Assembly: GCA_046483985.1 (NCBI GenBank)
Contig: JAWOCD010000057.1
Location: 98,351 to 162,350 of the forward strand
Direction of reading: 5' to 3'
Source: Promethearchaeia archaeon
Lineage (GTDB): Archaea > Asgardarchaeota > Lokiarchaeia > Sigyniarchaeales > SOKP01
DNA: 64,000 bases
Position 1 is the stretch's first letter; each line of letters starts with the position of its first letter. The notes beneath the pieces were generated by a model. The model had not been told where the DNA came from and did not search any database. It worked only from the letters and a program-made list of their open reading frames with translations. Position numbers and translations under genes: made by a program. Positions 60,228 to 64,000 of the stretch are shown piece by piece.

Positions 60228-61580
60228 TCATTCTTCATCTAAAGTATTAAAAATTAATTCGATTTGGTCCAGAAGATCTGCTTTATCAATTGTTTTCTGC
60301 TCCTCATCTTTCATATTTTTAACAGTGACCGTTTCTTGTTCAATTTCATCAGGTCCAATAATGAGACAAATCAGAATATTTAAATCATTTGCCTTTGACA
60401 ATTGATTGCCTAAACCTTTAAAAGAATAATCAATAATACAAGGAAACCCGGAATCCCGAATTGTATTAGCTAATTTAAAAGCATAAGCATCCACCTCTTG
60501 ATTAACGCAAGTAATATAGACCGTGTTTGAAAATTTAGTTTCCTCTAAGTCTTTTGGGAGTAAATTATATGTTTTCAAGAATAATTTAAGCGTTAGTACC
60601 CCCATTCCGAAACCTATGCCCGAAAGTTCTTCGTCGGAAAAAAGCGTTAACAGATCATCATACCTGCCCCCACCTGTAATTGCACGTCGATTTTTCTGGC
60701 CCGTATCGAATACTTCAAATACAGTACCCGTGTAATAATCTAAACCTCGAACAACAGCAGATGAGAAAGAACAATACTCTATAATTTCCGTTTTATTAAT
60801 AAGATTCTCTAAGTTCTTCAATTCTTGATAGCCCTTGGACTGATAAAAGTCCTCAGGCACCTTATCAAACTTTTCCATCAATTCATCCAAATCATCGGCT
60901 TCTCTTAATTTATAGATCCCTTGAATTATCCATTCCTTTTGGAAGGTATCAACCACGTATTTATTAAACTCATCTTCTTCCATCTTGTCGGATTTATCCA
61001 GCACATTATATACCTCTGACATCTTTTCCTTCGGAATTTCCAACAAAATTTGGCATACCGCATCAATAAATCTCCGGTTATTATAATAGATCTGGAACTG
61101 CTTGGGGGTGGCACCAAACTCCGTTAAGATGTCTATAAGGATTTGGAACATTTCTAAGTCCCCATATAAGGTATCATCTCCCAGGATATCAAAGTTTATT
61201 TGCTTAAACTCTCTCTTTCGACCGCGTTGAGGTTGCTCATATCGATAGCAAGTGGGGATAGAAAACCAGCGAATTGGCTTTTTAAATTCTTGACTTTTTC
61301 GAGCGATCATCCTTGCAAGTGTAGGTGTTAGTTCTGGACGTAAAATAAGGCGTTTTCCTTCCTTTTTTTCCACAATAAAGGATTGGGTGTTTACTAACTC
61401 ATCCGAAGATTTAGCAGCAAAAATCTCTATGGGTTCTAATAAAGGACCTTCGTATTCTTGATAGCCATATTTTTCTGCTATCTCCCTCACTCGATCCAAG
61501 ATATAATTAATAAGCCGCAACTGTTCCGGGTAAAAATCTACCATGCCTTTTAACGGTCTTCGGCTAAATTTCTCTGGCAT
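60228..61580 (-). CDS. hisS: Histidine--tRNA ligase
   Basis: GMVDF.P, LRPELT, RYEQPQRGR.REF.Q, VRGLDYYTG and GGGRYD. Confidence 0.97.
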   Translation of the reverse strand: MPEKFSRRPLKGMVDFYPEQLRLINYILDRVREIAEKYGYQEYEGPLLEPIEIFAAKSSDELVNTQSFIVEKKEGKRLILRPELTPTLARMIARKSQEFKKPIRWFSIPTCYRYEQPQRGRKREFKQINFDILGDDTLYGDLEMFQILIDILTEFGATPKQFQIYYNNRRFIDAVCQILLEIPKEKMSEVYNVLDKSDKMEEDEFNKYVVDTFQKEWIIQGIYKLREADDLDELMEKFDKVPEDFYQSKGYQELKNLENLINKTEIIEYCSFSSAVVRGLDYYTGTVFEVFDTGQKNRRAITGGGRYDDLLTLFSDEELSGIGFGMGVLTLKLFLKTYNLLPKDLEETKFSNTVYITCVNQEVDAYAFKLANTIRDSGFPCIIDYSFKGLGNQLSKANDLNILICLIIGPDEIEQETVTVKNMKDEEQKTIDKADLLDQIELIFNTLDEE

Positions 61581-61682
61581 TTGATCACTCTAATTTAATC
61601 TGGTACTTACTTACTTACTTATTTACTTAGAATTAATTTTTTTTTTTAAAATAATTTTTTGTACTAGGAAAACAAAAACCTC

Positions 61683-62987
61683 TTATTCCTTAAATGGATT
61701 TTTCTGCTCAAATATTTTTTTCCGGTAATCTTCCAGCGGCGGGGGAGCTAATCCTTCTTCCGTGGCTTTTTTCTTCATCTCTTTCATTATTTCAGCTAAA
61801 TTGACATTTACCGGACACCAATTATAACATGCCTCACAACCAGTACAGAGAAATAGCCCATCCTTAACTGCCTCCTCTATATCTTTATGAATAAAATCAT
61901 GGATGATTGCTGTTGCGCCTAATCCGTATTTGGAAGCAAATACGTTCCCAAACGAGCGAGATGAGGGACAGATAAAGTTACAGCTTTTACAGCTTATACA
62001 ATTCAAGAAATCCTTGTAAATTAAATTCTCGGTTTTAGCTTCCATTCTCCAATCATCAACCAGAATCACTACCACTTCCTTCGCTCCATACATACCTTGC
62101 ACATTTTTCCCCTTGATATCAGAGGTATTGGAAGGTGAAGTTATGAAACTAATATAAGAAATTTCAGCATTATTGATCCTCTCTTGCATTTTAGCGACTA
62201 AAAGAGCGTCAAAAATAGTGGGGACAATTTTGGTGATTCCCACCACCACGATATGTTTATCTGTGGCTCTTGTAAGAAGACTGATATTTCCCTCGTTTTC
62301 CACCAAAACAATTGATCCGTCATCCGCAGAAATTGCATTTGCTGAGGTTAAGGACACCTTGACATCATTCAATAACTCGTTTCGATAGGTTTTCCGGAAG
62401 AAATTCACAATTTCTTGTGAAGTCGGTTCTAACTCAACATCGTACTTTTCCTTGATTTTATCAACGATATCTTGGGCATCGAAATGTACGCCAGGACCCA
62501 ATTGATAGCTGGGTAAATCATAATCAAAAAGCTGAACCAGTACATCTCCTAAATCCGTTTCCTTTAGGGTGATTTCATTTTCTCTGAGGGTTTCTAGGAT
62601 TCCAATATCTTTTGCCTCGTTGGATTTTGATTTATAGATAGTATCGTGGCTTCCTATCTCTTCTAAAAAGATTTTTTGCGCCTCCTCATTAGTTTTCGCA
62701 TAATGTACCGTAAAATTATTATTCTCTAGCGAGTCAATACATTCTTCTACATAATCCTCCATATTGGCTACAAACTCCTTTCGCATCTCGGTAAGCTTGT
62801 CCCGATACTTCTCAACGAATTCTTTCGTGGAATCTTCGTACTTATATTGAATATCATAAACGCGGAATTTTCCTTTGCAAGCAACGCGCCAAAAATCTAC
62901 AAACTTTTTATATAAGTTATTCTCTTCCTTGGTTTCTTGGATTTTTTCCTTCAGTTGTTCATATAATTGGGTTCCTTTCTCACTCAT
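61683..62987 (-). CDS. LUD-domain Fe-S protein (LutB-like lactate utilization protein)
   Basis: KSKS, ETDLG, SANAISA.DG, ENEGN and two 4Fe-4S motifs. Confidence 0.88.
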   Translation of the reverse strand: MSEKGTQLYEQLKEKIQETKEENNLYKKFVDFWRVACKGKFRVYDIQYKYEDSTKEFVEKYRDKLTEMRKEFVANMEDYVEECIDSLENNNFTVHYAKTNEEAQKIFLEEIGSHDTIYKSKSNEAKDIGILETLRENEITLKETDLGDVLVQLFDYDLPSYQLGPGVHFDAQDIVDKIKEKYDVELEPTSQEIVNFFRKTYRNELLNDVKVSLTSANAISADDGSIVLVENEGNISLLTRATDKHIVVVGITKIVPTIFDALLVAKMQERINNAEISYISFITSPSNTSDIKGKNVQGMYGAKEVVVILVDDWRMEAKTENLIYKDFLNCISCKSCNFICPSSRSFGNVFASKYGLGATAIIHDFIHKDIEEAVKDGLFLCTGCEACYNWCPVNVNLAEIMKEMKKKATEEGLAPPPLEDYRKKIFEQKNPFKE

Positions 62988-63732
62988 TTAGGATTTCCTC
63001 TCCAACTTTTAATTTCGTAAGAAAATCTTCAAACTTAAATAAAGGCATTTTAATCTTCTGATCTAACTCTTTCACTCGTTTTAAGGCAGTATAGCAGAAC
63101 GGACAAGGAGTAAGAAGTACTTTAGCTCTTTGTCGTTTCGCCTGCTGAAAAATGGATTTGGAATTAAAGTCTGCATTTTCTTTAAAAGAGGAATATACTC
63201 CACCTCCTGCTCCACAACAAAGGGAAAATTCTTTATTATTCTCCATTTCTTTTAATTTAATTTTGCCTTGTATAGAGTTTAGGATCTCCCGTGGTTCCTC
63301 AATTATTGGGGGGTCTGCTCTAATTAAATGGCATGAGTCATGGTACGCGATTTTAAGTCTTTTTCCAGAATAAGATAAGTTCAGTTTCGTCAAATTTTCC
63401 GGTTCATTTAAAAATTGAAGGAGGTGCCGAACTTGAATATCAAATTCCGGTACCCGTTTAGGATACTCATTCATAAAATAATTATAGCACCCGGCACAAA
63501 TAGTCACTAATTTGTTGATATTATTATCCTTTAACCATTCAAACACATATTGTTCATGCTTCTGTAGATGTTTGTTTACTCCGACATGATGAGTGACCGA
63601 GCCACAACAAGGAGCATCCTCTATTACCCGATATTCCGGATCCATTTCTTGAATTAAATGTATTGCGTTTTTACATGTTTCAGGATACTTTTTTTTGGAT
63701 AAACAACCTAAGAAGATTAATTTATTATCCAT
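62980..63732 (-). CDS. CCG-domain Fe-S protein (LutA/HdrB-like)
   Basis: GC, CCG, CAGC, YHDSC, CCGAGGG and CPFC. Confidence 0.88.
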   Translation of the reverse strand: MDNKLIFLGCLSKKKYPETCKNAIHLIQEMDPEYRVIEDAPCCGSVTHHVGVNKHLQKHEQYVFEWLKDNNINKLVTICAGCYNYFMNEYPKRVPEFDIQVRHLLQFLNEPENLTKLNLSYSGKRLKIAYHDSCHLIRADPPIIEEPREILNSIQGKIKLKEMENNKEFSLCCGAGGGVYSSFKENADFNSKSIFQQAKRQRAKVLLTPCPFCYTALKRVKELDQKIKMPLFKFEDFLTKLKVGEEILNE

Positions 63733-64000
63733 TATTTAATACTTATTTATATTTACCTTTATATATAAATTAATAAACAAATAAAATAAATTATTGAACC
63801 AATTCTCACAATTTGGTAGCTATAATAAGTAATTTATCTCTTATTCTTATTTTTATTTTTTAATCCTAGTTTTAGTCAATCGGGTATTCTCTTAGTGCTT
63901 TAAGCGTATCATACATAGCTAAAAAGTTTTCCACTTTTACAGCTGAGGTCGATCGCAGGAGGAAGAAGGGTCTCCCAGGTTCCTGACGCTTCTTTCACTG

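Overview
AT-rich archaeal chromosomal window, very likely an Asgard archaeon of the Lokiarchaeia type. The basis is an HMf histone, eS25, Rab- and Arf/Rag-like GTPases, longin/uDENN-like, gelsolin-like, SNAP-like and LRR proteins, Sec-containing HdrA/MvhD, and a eukaryote-type SECIS candidate. Most of it is housekeeping and metabolic: serS, hisS, hisGDC, pyrF, DNA ligase, cofC, GH3/GH36 glycosidases, LutAB-like genes and tRNA-Ser(CGA). The standout is the AMP phosphorylase gene (50066-51634, minus strand), which the ORF track splits in two. A 30-nt insertion (51078-51107) interrupts it and folds into a bulge-helix-bulge (BHB) motif. Cutting at the canonical tRNA-splicing-endonuclease positions removes the in-frame UAG and exactly restores the catalytic DKHSTGGVPGNK motif, so this is a candidate tRNA-type intron in an Asgard mRNA. 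Other structure the ORF track misses: three selenoprotein genes with six in-frame UGA codons; one 3'-UTR SECIS apparently serving a two-gene hdrA-mvhD operon; a non-autonomous IS200/IS605 element that keeps a TnpB-type guide-RNA scaffold, plus two minimal relics; an orphan omega/HEARO-like structured RNA; two genes whose conserved N-termini need non-AUG starts; a Bud23-like rRNA methyltransferase; and two pseudogenes. All calls come from reading the sequence; no searches were run.
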